A program made the position numbers and the translations under genes. This document shows positions 20,020 to 29,069 of a DNA stretch of 64,000 bases, piece by piece. The stretch spans positions 1 to 64,000 of the IMG/VR virus record IMGVR_UViG_3300042879_003566, one strand, 5' to 3'. The notes under the pieces are model-generated. The model was not told the origin of the DNA. It searched no databases and saw only the letters and a list, made by a program, of their open reading frames with translations. The DNA comes from a virus. Position 1 is the first letter of the stretch, and every line of letters starts with the position of its first letter.

Positions 20020-20107
20020 CCTCGGAGCAATTTCGCTCTGGGACCAATAGTCGAAAGTCCCTCCACTTTACGAACGTAGAGCTCGAAAGGGCAAGAAAGG
20101 AAGCTAT
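20020..20107 (+). ncRNA. Putative structured non-coding RNA
   Basis: Intergenic; hairpins CTCGGAGC/GCTCTGGG, CTTTACG/CGTAGAG and GCTC-GAAA-GGGC; ends at a terminator. Confidence 0.4.
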
Positions 20108-20108
20108 G

Positions 20109-20136
20109 ATCCCGGTATAAAAGCCGGGATTTTTTT
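20109..20136 (+). terminator. Rho-independent terminator
   Basis: ATCCCGG-TATAAAAG-CCGGGAT followed by a T run. Confidence 0.75.
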
Positions 20137-20808
20137 ATGACGACACTTGTTGCCAACGTACCGCCCGTCAAGGTGTGGGTCAGACGGGAATACTTGCGTG
20201 ACCTACGCGACGGCCATGGTGAATACACACCTGGTTATTGGGTGACCTGTAAATCATTGACGGGTCGTGCCCTGTATTTCGAGACGTACCTTACTGAGTA
20301 TGGCGCCCTATACGACAAGTTACCGATCAGTGCATTCCTAGCATGGGACTCAGATCATCCCGACAAACCACAACCACCAACACCTGATCTTGAGCTGACT
20401 GACCTGCAGTTTTGGAATGGGTTTGACACTGGGCTTACGGTCATTGAAAAGAACCTGATCTACAACATGGAGTTTCAGGTGATGACGCGTAGTGCAGGCG
20501 TCATGAAAGGCGAGTATCTTTTTACAATTGATAACTATCACCCCCACCGCAATGAACCCGATTTTTACTTTGCTGAATTCCCTGATGAGCACAAGTCTCA
20601 CAACATTGTGGCCTTGGATAACGGCCAAATCGGCGCTTATCCCAACAATCGTTGTCGCATGTGCGACCCATCGTTAACGCACCACAACCTCAAGACCCCA
20701 GACTTTAAGGTGTCGACGCGGTACTTTGATGTTGAACATGCACCGAAGTGGGGCAGGCTGGGTGAAACAGATGATTACTTCTGGAAAACACCCAACGAAA
20801 CCCTATAA
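20137..20808 (+). CDS. Conserved phage hypothetical protein
   Basis: NVPPVKVWVRREYL...GALYDKLPISAF...EHKSHN...LDNGQ..AYPNNR. Confidence 0.7.
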   Translation: MTTLVANVPPVKVWVRREYLRDLRDGHGEYTPGYWVTCKSLTGRALYFETYLTEYGALYDKLPISAFLAWDSDHPDKPQPPTPDLELTDLQFWNGFDTGLTVIEKNLIYNMEFQVMTRSAGVMKGEYLFTIDNYHPHRNEPDFYFAEFPDEHKSHNIVALDNGQIGAYPNNRCRMCDPSLTHHNLKTPDFKVSTRYFDVEHAPKWGRLGETDDYFWKTPNETL

Positions 20809-20816
20809 TTTACGAA

Positions 20817-20935
20817 AGGGTACAACAAGGAACGTTGTATTAAATGAAGAGTCCCTTAAGCTGCAGCGTAAATTAGCGAAACTTGCTTCAGCATAAGTCG
20901 CCTAGTCGCTAATCGTAGGCAGATACTCTCGCCCT
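20817..20935 (+). ncRNA. Putative ~120-nt structured RNA with 8-bp kissing loop, upstream of tRNA-Thr
   Basis: TATAAT at 20804-20809; nested stems; loop ATTAGCGA (20872-79) complementary to loop TCGCTAAT (20906-13). Confidence 0.55.
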
Positions 20936-20939
20936 ACTC

Positions 20940-21011
20940 GCTGGATTAGCTCAGTGGTAGAGCAATGGTTTTGTAAACCATTGGCCATCGGTTCAAATCC
21001 GATATCCAGCT
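20940..21011 (+). tRNA. tRNA-Thr(UGU)
   Basis: GCTGGAT/ATCCAGC acceptor stem; ATGGT-TTTGTAA-ACCAT anticodon arm; GGTTCAAATCC T-arm; no encoded CCA. Confidence 0.92.
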
Positions 21012-21055
21012 TTGCAAAAGTTAGTTATAGTTATCGCAGTGACTTGTTGGCATTA

Positions 21056-21304
21056 GTGCCAAGTTCCAAGCCAAAGCTTCAAGAGAACCGAAACAAGTTC
21101 TTGGAGTACAAAAAGACTTTGTCCTGCAATAACTGTGGGATAGATGACCATCGCGTCCTGGAATTCCATCATGTTGGAGACAAGGACCATACGATCTCAA
21201 AGATGGTGAACCACGGCTACAGCTGGGAGCGGATAGAAGAAGAGATGCGTAAATGCATTCCGCTGTGCTGCAACTGCCATCGGCTTGAGCACTGGAGTGC
21301 CTGA
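21056..21304 (+). CDS. Small HNH endonuclease
   Basis: CNNCG...LEFHH...KCIPLCCNCHR. Confidence 0.75.
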   Translation: MPSSKPKLQENRNKFLEYKKTLSCNNCGIDDHRVLEFHHVGDKDHTISKMVNHGYSWERIEEEMRKCIPLCCNCHRLEHWSA

Positions 21305-21410
21305 TTACTTTTTCTTGCCGCCGTTTTTAGCTTTACGCGCAGTTGCATTACCGGAGTTCTGCTTAGCGTTTTGCTTTGCAGCGGCCGTCTTTTTCTTTTT
21401 GTTTTTAGAT

Positions 21411-21962
21411 TTAGCCATTTCTCAGTGTGGCTTTGATTTGCCAAGCGGCCTTAAATGCCTGACCAGTTAAGTCAGCAAGATAGTTTTGAATATCGATGGC
21501 ACCCACCTTGGCGGCAATCGGCTCCAGTTTCTTGCACTTCATGCCCAGCTCCTCAAGGTTCTTGTAGTACACAGCGAGCATTTCCGTGCCCTTGTAGCTG
21601 GTAACTTTTTGGATACCGGGTGAGGCATCGGCAAGACCCATGCCACAAAGAGGCATCAGATAATCCATAGATCTGATGAACTCAGCCAACGTATCGAACT
21701 GTTCCAGATGAGCTTCGTATTGGTCTTTAAGGAATGCATGCACCCCGAGGAAGTTAGACCCCTCGTAGTTCAAGTGAATGAGATGGGATTGTGTCTCAAG
21801 TTCCTTGAGGTAGGAAGTGAGGGAAATGCACTGCTGGATGAAGGACCCGACATCACCATTCTTTGATTTACCAGGAGCCTTGGGCTTGTCCTGGGGCTGA
21901 GGAACCGCTTGCGTTGAAGCGGGTTGAGCTTGCTGGGGTTGACCAGGACCGGGAGTATACAT
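21411..21962 (-). CDS. dps: Dps / ferritin-like protein
   Basis: HLIHLNYEGSNFLGVH...Y...DTLAEFIR...AAW. Confidence 0.75.
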   Translation of the reverse strand: MYTPGPGQPQQAQPASTQAVPQPQDKPKAPGKSKNGDVGSFIQQCISLTSYLKELETQSHLIHLNYEGSNFLGVHAFLKDQYEAHLEQFDTLAEFIRSMDYLMPLCGMGLADASPGIQKVTSYKGTEMLAVYYKNLEELGMKCKKLEPIAAKVGAIDIQNYLADLTGQAFKAAWQIKATLRNG

Positions 21963-21988
21963 GGCGTTAAATCAGTATTTTCAGTTTA

Positions 21989-23308
21989 TCAGCGGCTAAC
22001 TTCTTCCCAATCCATCGTAGCTAGCACCTGAGCGTTGTTGTCTTCGCTGCTACAGACCAGCGTTAGTTCATATGCTGTACCAGTAAAGGTATCACGCTCC
22101 AGCTGGAACTTAAACAAAGCTTCTTTTAAGATGTTAACCACAGCTGACCCTTGGTTTGAACCATTGGTAAAGCCACTGGCAAGAACCCGACCCACTCCCA
22201 AGGTGAAAGATGTGCCATTAAGCTTGTACTCAACCGATGAGTCTGCCCCCAAGTCAGACCAGGAACCACCTCCGGTCGTTCCATTAAGAACAACTTCCCA
22301 GTTATAACTAGCGTTATTCGTAATACCCATGATTGATAACGCCGTCAGGATAATGATGGCATCCAATCGTGTTGACTTAAGGCGCAAGGAGATGACTGGA
22401 TAAACAGTAGGTGCGGTTGTTAATGTATACGGCGTGTTAACTGGAATACCAACAGCGTTTTGAGCGCCCCGTAATTCGTATCCGCCTTCTGATATTGCAG
22501 TTGAACACACTTGTTTTAGTGTGCTGTTGCTTGCTGTAGTTCCAAGGTTTTCAATCTCATAACGCAACGGCAGCGATGCTGTCGTCATATATGTAGATGT
22601 AATTAAGTTGGCGTGATGGAATGAATGGCAATGCACCAGCTGACCGTTAATCACAAACCCTGTGCGAACCGTGCCTAAACCAAGCCATTCGATATCAGTC
22701 CAATGGATCTGAGCTTTAGTAATGTCAAGGGTAAAGCCAGAGGGTCCATTGCCGTCCAACTTGTCAATGTTCCAGTCGGCCTGAGCAACACGGGTTTCCG
22801 CAACAGAGCCAGAAACTGAATTACGCTCCACAAATGACGGAGAGCTAGTACCGCTTACCTCCACATAAATGCCATTAGCTGTTCCAAAATAACCAACCCG
22901 CTGCCGCAAGTTTGCTTGACCAGACGCCATGATAAATGTATTCATAATCTGCAGGCTTTTCCCTGGCTGATAAGAACACACTTTTGTTGTTTCTCTTAAT
23001 ACTTTTGCGCCTGATGCAGTCGTAACGTTTAGGTTGATTAAACCTTCTCCACTGCTAAATGCATAGGTACCACCAGTACCCGTGGACGTTGTCCACAGAC
23101 CATTGTCGCGATAGCGGTGGCTGGAATCAAAGAGTGTTAGGGGGCTTGATGTACGCAACCGCCCAAAAGCATCACCAGCTGTAGTCGCTGGTTGCATATA
23201 AACAGTATTGCCACTTGCCGTTGTAACTTCTAACGGTTGCCCACTGCAAGTCTGAACTTTTACAACTTCGTACAGAATTGTTGCGCCGGATTCCCTATAG
23301 ACAGGCAT
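21989..23308 (-). CDS. Beta-rich protein, probably virion structural
   Basis: DAFGRLRTS.P.TLFDS...YQPGKS...DIEWLGLG.VR.GF; T/S/G-rich. Confidence 0.6.
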   Translation of the reverse strand: MPVYRESGATILYEVVKVQTCSGQPLEVTTASGNTVYMQPATTAGDAFGRLRTSSPLTLFDSSHRYRDNGLWTTSTGTGGTYAFSSGEGLINLNVTTASGAKVLRETTKVCSYQPGKSLQIMNTFIMASGQANLRQRVGYFGTANGIYVEVSGTSSPSFVERNSVSGSVAETRVAQADWNIDKLDGNGPSGFTLDITKAQIHWTDIEWLGLGTVRTGFVINGQLVHCHSFHHANLITSTYMTTASLPLRYEIENLGTTASNSTLKQVCSTAISEGGYELRGAQNAVGIPVNTPYTLTTAPTVYPVISLRLKSTRLDAIIILTALSIMGITNNASYNWEVVLNGTTGGGSWSDLGADSSVEYKLNGTSFTLGVGRVLASGFTNGSNQGSAVVNILKEALFKFQLERDTFTGTAYELTLVCSSEDNNAQVLATMDWEEVSR

Positions 23309-23323
23309 GGACTTAAGTCATAT

Positions 23324-23533
23324 TTATTTATTATCCCATCCCGCAACTAACCCACCGTAATCCCTTGGCTCCGTTACAGATACATTGTCTATACCACAAA
23401 GATCACAAGTATCCATGTGGTACGTGGAGTAGTAATGACTGGGGCCTTTGTAGTCACCTTTCTCGTACCACTTGCCGTAAGTAACACCGCATGGATGACA
23501 GACCCACTTGGGATACGTCTTACGCTTTGCCAT
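23324..23533 (-). CDS. Small Cys-pair (zinc ribbon) protein
   Basis: CHPCG...CDLCG...VTEPRDYG. Confidence 0.55.
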   Translation of the reverse strand: MAKRKTYPKWVCHPCGVTYGKWYEKGDYKGPSHYYSTYHMDTCDLCGIDNVSVTEPRDYGGLVAGWDNK

Positions 23534-23948
23534 TGCGCTTACCTTTGGCTGCGTCCATTAAATCACGGGCGCGGTCATATTGTTTTGTGGCGTAATCCAA
23601 CTGACATGCAACGGCATCTACAAAGCATTCGTACATTTCATCACCGGTCATCTCGTCAATGAACTCAGCAATAGTGTCAGCAAATCCGTCTGTTGCTTTT
23701 TGTTTAATGAACATGTCACTTTCTGCCAGGGGAATACGGTCGCCAATGAGTTCAGCATAATGGCTACGCCAGTTCGGAAGCGTGTCCGTAGCATTGGAAG
23801 TGTCATGAAGTTGTTCACGGGAATCCTTGGTGACTAATGGCTCATCCATTTCTGCAACGACGCGATGGTTTTTGTACCAATCTTGCCAAGCCTTAATGGT
23901 TTCTACTGGATCAGTTGAATCAGACATAATAAAAAAGGGGTTCGTCAC
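23520..23948 (-). CDS. Hypothetical protein
   Basis: Acidic 142-aa ORF. Confidence 0.55.
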   Translation of the reverse strand: MTNPFFIMSDSTDPVETIKAWQDWYKNHRVVAEMDEPLVTKDSREQLHDTSNATDTLPNWRSHYAELIGDRIPLAESDMFIKQKATDGFADTIAEFIDEMTGDEMYECFVDAVACQLDYATKQYDRARDLMDAAKGKRNGKA

Positions 23949-23963
23949 TGAGTGACTTACCCC
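23931..23963 (-). terminator. Rho-independent terminator
   Basis: GGGG-TAA-GTCAC-TCA-GTGAC-GAA-CCCC followed by T6. Confidence 0.6.
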
Positions 23964-24520
23964 ACAAGTGTAATAAAAAATCAGTTAGATCAAGCAGTGA
24001 TCATAACTTTTTCCGGATTAACTTCCTGAAGTTGTCCTTCTTCATACAGACGAACAGCTTCCAACATCTCGAAGTAACGGTCACGCATCACAGGTCCAGC
24101 TTCATTGATACAGAAGTCTTGCCAGAGTCTTGTATAAAGACCGCGCATTGGGTGAGAAGGATCTTTTCTACCTGAACATTGATACATGTGTTCCATGAAG
24201 TCAGCTTTTTGCTGTTCTTTGGTGACACTCCAGCTATCAAGGACAGCTTGCCAATTAAATGCGTCAGTCATTGAAACCAATTTGTGTAATGGAAGTAAAG
24301 ACGCCTTTGACACTGGGACCGATCTCAAATAATAGGTCGTCCAGTTCGTCTTGCAAGGCTTCTGCAATTTCGTCGGCAGTTTTACCACCGAAGGAATTGT
24401 ATTCAACCTCAAGATCAACCGCAAATGAAACGGTCAACTTGGGCACAGTGATTGGTTCCATTCCTGAATGAAAGGGTTCAATTACTGTAGCAGCAAATTA
24501 AAAACAATTAGTGAGTAGGA

Positions 24521-26773
24521 CTACGCGCCCTTGAGAGCTGCTACTTCAGCTTCCAAGGTTTCGATGCGACCGATGGCTTCCTGAAGCGCAGCAGTCAGCA
24601 ACGGCACAAGCTTGGATTGGTCGATGCCTTGGTAGACGGGATTGCCGTCTTCGTCCACTTCATCCTTGGCGCCAGTGACGCACTCAGGAACAACAGCTTG
24701 GGCTTCGTGAGCAATGAAACCATCAACCTGTATATCGGGATCAGCGATAAAGTTGAAGCGGCTGGGCTTGAGTTGCAGCACACGCTCCGATGCGCCAGTG
24801 AGTGGAATGATGTTTTCTTTTAAGCGGTAGTCGGAAGAAGTTGTAAACGACGTTGCCGTACCGCTAGTGCTGATTGAACCAACAACACCATTACCATTGC
24901 TGAAACTAATGTGAAATCTAGCTGCGGTTGAACTTGCATAACACTCAAGTGCAACGCCACTTGCATTATTAGTCGCGCCGCTAGTGGCAGTTAGATATGC
25001 AGTTGTATTTACACCGCCAGCGTTAACGGTTGACCCATAGCCAATTCTTTGGGCGCTGTTAATGCGTAAAGCCTCCGTCGGGCTGCTCGCTCCATCGGCG
25101 GTAGTGGAGAACACTAATCTGCCCGGAATATCTGTATTTGAAGAACTTGCTCCGTCAGTAAAAACATCGATTGATGCATAACCATAATTGCTGCTGGTGT
25201 TGTCGTTACTTATGAATCGCAGAGCGCCAATCTGGGTATTAGCAGCGGTTGGGCGAGCTGTGTTGCGCCTAATGTCTATAGCGCCAGTAGCATTGTCAGA
25301 CGTGTTTCCCGCAAAAACGGCTCTAGCGTTGCCATCGTAACTAGACGTGCCAACTAACAGGCGTCCCGAACTGTCGATGCGGGCACGTTCTGAACCAACA
25401 GTATTGAATACAATCTGACCAGCACCGGCATTGTTGTTTATATCAAACTGCAAAAGTTCATTTGAGCCTCCATTGTTGGAGATCGCTGCAGTATTAACAT
25501 TACTGCTATTGGCGAATCGAATTTGAGACCCAAGGCCGCCGGAGGTGTTAAAACCAATATAACCGGTAGCAGTCTTAACATCAAAGATCCAGCTAGGCGT
25601 CTGAGTGCCAATCCCTACTCGGCCACTGGAATCAATGGTAATCCCCGTAGAGTTAAAAGAATCGCCTACATTGATTCCAAAGGTATTGGTGCTGCTGCGA
25701 TAGCCGGATGTCCACTGAACCGTGTTGGTGGAGTCGGAGTATGTATGCTTTGCATGGTTGCCCGCAGCGCCAGCCTGAAGCCTGACGTTTGTATCTGCAG
25801 CGGCTCCTGCATTGATATGCAAGATTGAGCTAACAGTCGAAGTCCCCAGACCTACACGCCCGCTTGAATCTATACGCAGTCTTTCAGTAGGACTTGCTGC
25901 ACCATCAGCCGTTGTACTGAAGACCAGGCGCCCTGGCATGTCATTGGTGCCAGGCGTCCCATCTACTTCACCGGCAACAGTTGCCGCTTCGATAAAACTA
26001 GTACCATCTGCACCGTGAAAAGTTAAAGTTCCAAGGCGGCTTCCACTGACAACCGCAGCATTTGAACCAAGTGTTGCTGCACCTGATCTTCCAAGAAGAA
26101 CGTAAGGAGGGTCATTGCTTACAGCATTATTAATTACGCTTAAAGCACCCCGTGCAGTAGAACCACCTGTTCCTTCTGTTTGAGTTAAAGAACTAAGAGT
26201 TGTGCCAAAGAAATTACTACGCGCTGTAGATGTGCCAACTAACAGGCGTCCACTGGAGTCTAGGCGCATGCGCTCGACGCTGTTTGTCCAAAAAGTAATT
26301 GGTTGCGCTGCTGTCTGAAATAAACGGGTCAATCCTGTAGTGTCTTGACCGATTAAGAACGGATCAGGGCTGCCATTGTTGCCACTGAAAGTGGCATACG
26401 CAGCGGCAGATGTACCAGCAAAAACATGCAGCGATGTTTGCGGGCTTGCTATGCCCACCCCAACACGCCCATTCGCATCAACGAACAACCGCCCAGTGCC
26501 ATTAGTTGAGATGGCTACTTGGTTTGCCCCTGGTGAGTACACTCCAGTGTCTGGGTCTGTGGTCCAGCTGTAGGTTGGGGCGGAAGCACTACCTAATGAA
26601 ACAGCTTCTAATTGACCAGCGGAATCAATCCGTAAGCGTTCAGTTGTATTAGTTGCAAACGACAGTTGATTTGTCGCAGACAGGTACACACCATTTGCAG
26701 GTGCACTACTTGTTCCAGTAAAAGAAAGTGCCTGAACTAAATTATCAATTAGCTGGGCTTTTGTCTGCGACAT
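24521..26773 (-). CDS. Tail fibre protein with S74-like chaperone (third paralogue, inverted orientation)
   Basis: Repeated ER.RIDSSGR and PGRLVFSTTADG; TSSDYRLKENI...GFIAHE...KLVPLLTAALQE. Confidence 0.85.
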   Translation of the reverse strand: MSQTKAQLIDNLVQALSFTGTSSAPANGVYLSATNQLSFATNTTERLRIDSAGQLEAVSLGSASAPTYSWTTDPDTGVYSPGANQVAISTNGTGRLFVDANGRVGVGIASPQTSLHVFAGTSAAAYATFSGNNGSPDPFLIGQDTTGLTRLFQTAAQPITFWTNSVERMRLDSSGRLLVGTSTARSNFFGTTLSSLTQTEGTGGSTARGALSVINNAVSNDPPYVLLGRSGAATLGSNAAVVSGSRLGTLTFHGADGTSFIEAATVAGEVDGTPGTNDMPGRLVFSTTADGAASPTERLRIDSSGRVGLGTSTVSSILHINAGAAADTNVRLQAGAAGNHAKHTYSDSTNTVQWTSGYRSSTNTFGINVGDSFNSTGITIDSSGRVGIGTQTPSWIFDVKTATGYIGFNTSGGLGSQIRFANSSNVNTAAISNNGGSNELLQFDINNNAGAGQIVFNTVGSERARIDSSGRLLVGTSSYDGNARAVFAGNTSDNATGAIDIRRNTARPTAANTQIGALRFISNDNTSSNYGYASIDVFTDGASSSNTDIPGRLVFSTTADGASSPTEALRINSAQRIGYGSTVNAGGVNTTAYLTATSGATNNASGVALECYASSTAARFHISFSNGNGVVGSISTSGTATSFTTSSDYRLKENIIPLTGASERVLQLKPSRFNFIADPDIQVDGFIAHEAQAVVPECVTGAKDEVDEDGNPVYQGIDQSKLVPLLTAALQEAIGRIETLEAEVAALKGA

Positions 26774-26808
26774 CTTAAAGAACGGTTTCCAGTTCTTTCA
26801 TTTTAATG

Positions 26809-27069
26809 TTAGTTGCCCAATAACCTTTCAAGTGAATGCGCCTGGTGTTGCTGGTAGTAACCAAGCCGTTCTTGAATCAAGTTATAGTAATTGATGGCAG
26901 CATCAACCATTTCTTCTGCATCCATACTGGCAGCCAGTTGTTCATTAGCCAGCATGCCTGCAGTTAAAACAGTGACGCCCCATTCAAGCTTGGAGCCAAT
27001 AATTGCAGGAAGAGGAGTGCCATCGCTGGTGAACCCAGCCATTAATCTGGTCAGGTTCTCATCAGCCAT
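26809..27069 (-). CDS. Hypothetical protein
   Basis: 86-aa ORF. Confidence 0.55.
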   Translation of the reverse strand: MADENLTRLMAGFTSDGTPLPAIIGSKLEWGVTVLTAGMLANEQLAASMDAEEMVDAAINYYNLIQERLGYYQQHQAHSLERLLGN

Positions 27070-27343
27070 AGCACTCCTGTGTTGTTACCTTTATTGTATA
27101 GGCTTTTATTTAGTAGCCCGTTCTAAATAATACCAATAAGCATGGGTTGCATTTTGGTGAAACCGTTTGCCAAGCAATAGCTTGAGTTTTTTCTGCTCCA
27201 GTTCATCCATACGATTTTCATTGTATGGAAGGACATCACCACTGCCATCTTTAAGCATGTTCATCTCAAGGTCATTCATCTCCAGCTGGAGATCAAAGTC
27301 TTTGATGGCATGCTGATGACAATTCATCTTGATGGAAGCTTCT

Positions 27344-28063
27344 TCAGCATTCATCGGCGCATCGATCTTCAGGAAGAAGGTCTCTTGGATACTCGGATGA
27401 CGCCAGGTCCACTGAGGACTTTCCATAGATTCGAGAGGAGCGGATGGAATATTCTTGAAAGACCTTGACTCCTTGGGGGAGTAGCTGACCAGCTTGGTGG
27501 GCACTGCGGATTGCATCAAGGTTTGGGAGAACGTTTGTTTTATTAGAAGGTTCAATCCTTTCAGAAAGGATTTCTCCTGACATTGAACGTAACACAGTTC
27601 GCTTGGTTGTGGTGACTTCTTCTTCAACACAAAAGTGCTGTCGTTCTTCAGAAGACCAAAACTCCGGATCCGACTTGATTTCAACAGTTAAGTCTTTCTT
27701 TTTAACAAGAGTGAACTGATAGTTGCGGCCAGTAATTTTATTGGCATCAACCGGTAGCACCCGCTTCAAATAATTGAGCAGGTGCTTGAGGCTATCGACT
27801 TGGGACTCGTGATGCTTTTGGGCCTTTAGGATAAGACCCTTTTCTTTTTTGATCCGCTCAACAGCATCCTCATGGGCTGCCATGGCGTAGTAGATACGAT
27901 CAATCTTTTCAGACCGTAGGGTAATACAAGCTTCCAGCTCTGCTCGCGCCAAGTCTTGGGACTCAGGAGTGAGGAGAGGAAGAGAGCGTTCCAGGGCACC
28001 ATAGTGCTCGTATAGCTGGATGACATTCAGCTCTTTGAGCTTAGTGTGAGTGATTTGAGCCAT
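27344..28063 (-). CDS. Siphovirus Gp157-like protein
   Basis: Coiled coil with EKIDRI; C-terminal PNLDAIR...G...PQGV. Confidence 0.6.
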   Translation of the reverse strand: MAQITHTKLKELNVIQLYEHYGALERSLPLLTPESQDLARAELEACITLRSEKIDRIYYAMAAHEDAVERIKKEKGLILKAQKHHESQVDSLKHLLNYLKRVLPVDANKITGRNYQFTLVKKKDLTVEIKSDPEFWSSEERQHFCVEEEVTTTKRTVLRSMSGEILSERIEPSNKTNVLPNLDAIRSAHQAGQLLPQGVKVFQEYSIRSSRIYGKSSVDLASSEYPRDLLPEDRCADEC

Positions 28064-28253
28064 GGCTTGATTTGTGTTGGAATGGTGTTACGGCTAATCA
28101 GGCAATAACCATCAGCCGTTTTGAAAGTGTGATTGAAGTTTATTGAGTGTGTAGGCCAGCAGCGCTGCGGCTGCTGTCCAAAGAAGATCACGGACAACAG
28201 AAGTAATGCTTGAAAGAATGAAGTCGAACATTGGATGGTGTGGTTAAAAAGCT

Positions 28254-28280
28254 GGTCAGTTTAACGTCATGACCAGGACG
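28254..28280 (-). promoter_or_regulatory. H-type RNA pseudoknot, copy 1
   Basis: CGTC-CT-GGTCA-T-GACG-TTAAAC-TGACC. Confidence 0.7.
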
Positions 28281-28285
28281 GAGAC

Positions 28286-28768
28286 TCAAGCTGACGTTTC
28301 CGCCGAGTCGTCGAAGCAGTCTACCAGGTCTGTCAAGCCAACCTTGGTGACTGTTACAAGGTTTGCAATGTAATCCGTCAATGCTTCAACCTTGGCATTG
28401 ACAGAGTCCAGTTTTTCGGACAGTTCTTCGCGACTTGGTGAAATAAAGTCAAGGGTTTCTTCTTTGAAGGTGTCAGGGTTTTCTTTGCGTTGAATCTTGC
28501 GGGCGTCATCGTTTGTTGAATAGAGAACATCGGTAAACAAATCGTATTTAGTTTTTTCAGAAGGCTTGGCATAACCAAAGTCCTTTGCACATTTTTCAAT
28601 GGCTTTGTCAAATTCAAAATACAAGTACAGCAAATGTGCTGCTTCTTGCAAGAACAGATCCTTGTAGCGGTCAAACTCAAGGCCGTAAGTATCAAGTGAC
28701 ATGGGGAAAATCGACATCAATGGCGGTTTGTAAAGCTTTAAGGACAAAGTCCTGCTGGTGTTGTTCAC
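28286..28768 (-). CDS. Hypothetical protein (start uncertain)
   Basis: ORF in the early-arm run. Confidence 0.5.
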   Translation of the reverse strand: MNNTSRTLSLKLYKPPLMSIFPMSLDTYGLEFDRYKDLFLQEAAHLLYLYFEFDKAIEKCAKDFGYAKPSEKTKYDLFTDVLYSTNDDARKIQRKENPDTFKEETLDFISPSREELSEKLDSVNAKVEALTDYIANLVTVTKVGLTDLVDCFDDSAETSA

Positions 28769-29069
28769 CCCAGCTGGTCCATTCTGCTAGATCTGGGTCG
28801 GTATCGTCCCACTCAATGTGGATACAACACCCACCATCGTCTTCTTCAATCACCTCTAGCTGCAGCTTCGTTATCCAAGTGTTGTTCGACATGGGCAATC
28901 AACATGTTTTGAACATAGTCTTCGTGATGCATCCTAAGGTCTGCAGCCATCTTTACAAGTTCCCAGTGAGTGTCTTCTGGAACTTCAAGGTCATAGCGTT
29001 GGTAGTTGCTCATGAAATTAACAGTTGGTTGCGTTGCAAGTTGACGAGCGTATTCAAGGATGTCGTCAG

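Noticed and set aside
20954-21055. N-terminal extension of the HNH ORF
   Set aside because: Overlaps tRNA-Thr; the real start is probably GTG 21056
235-26773. Diversity-generating retroelement acting on tail fibres
   Set aside because: No reverse transcriptase and no adenine-specific template/variable repeat pair in the window
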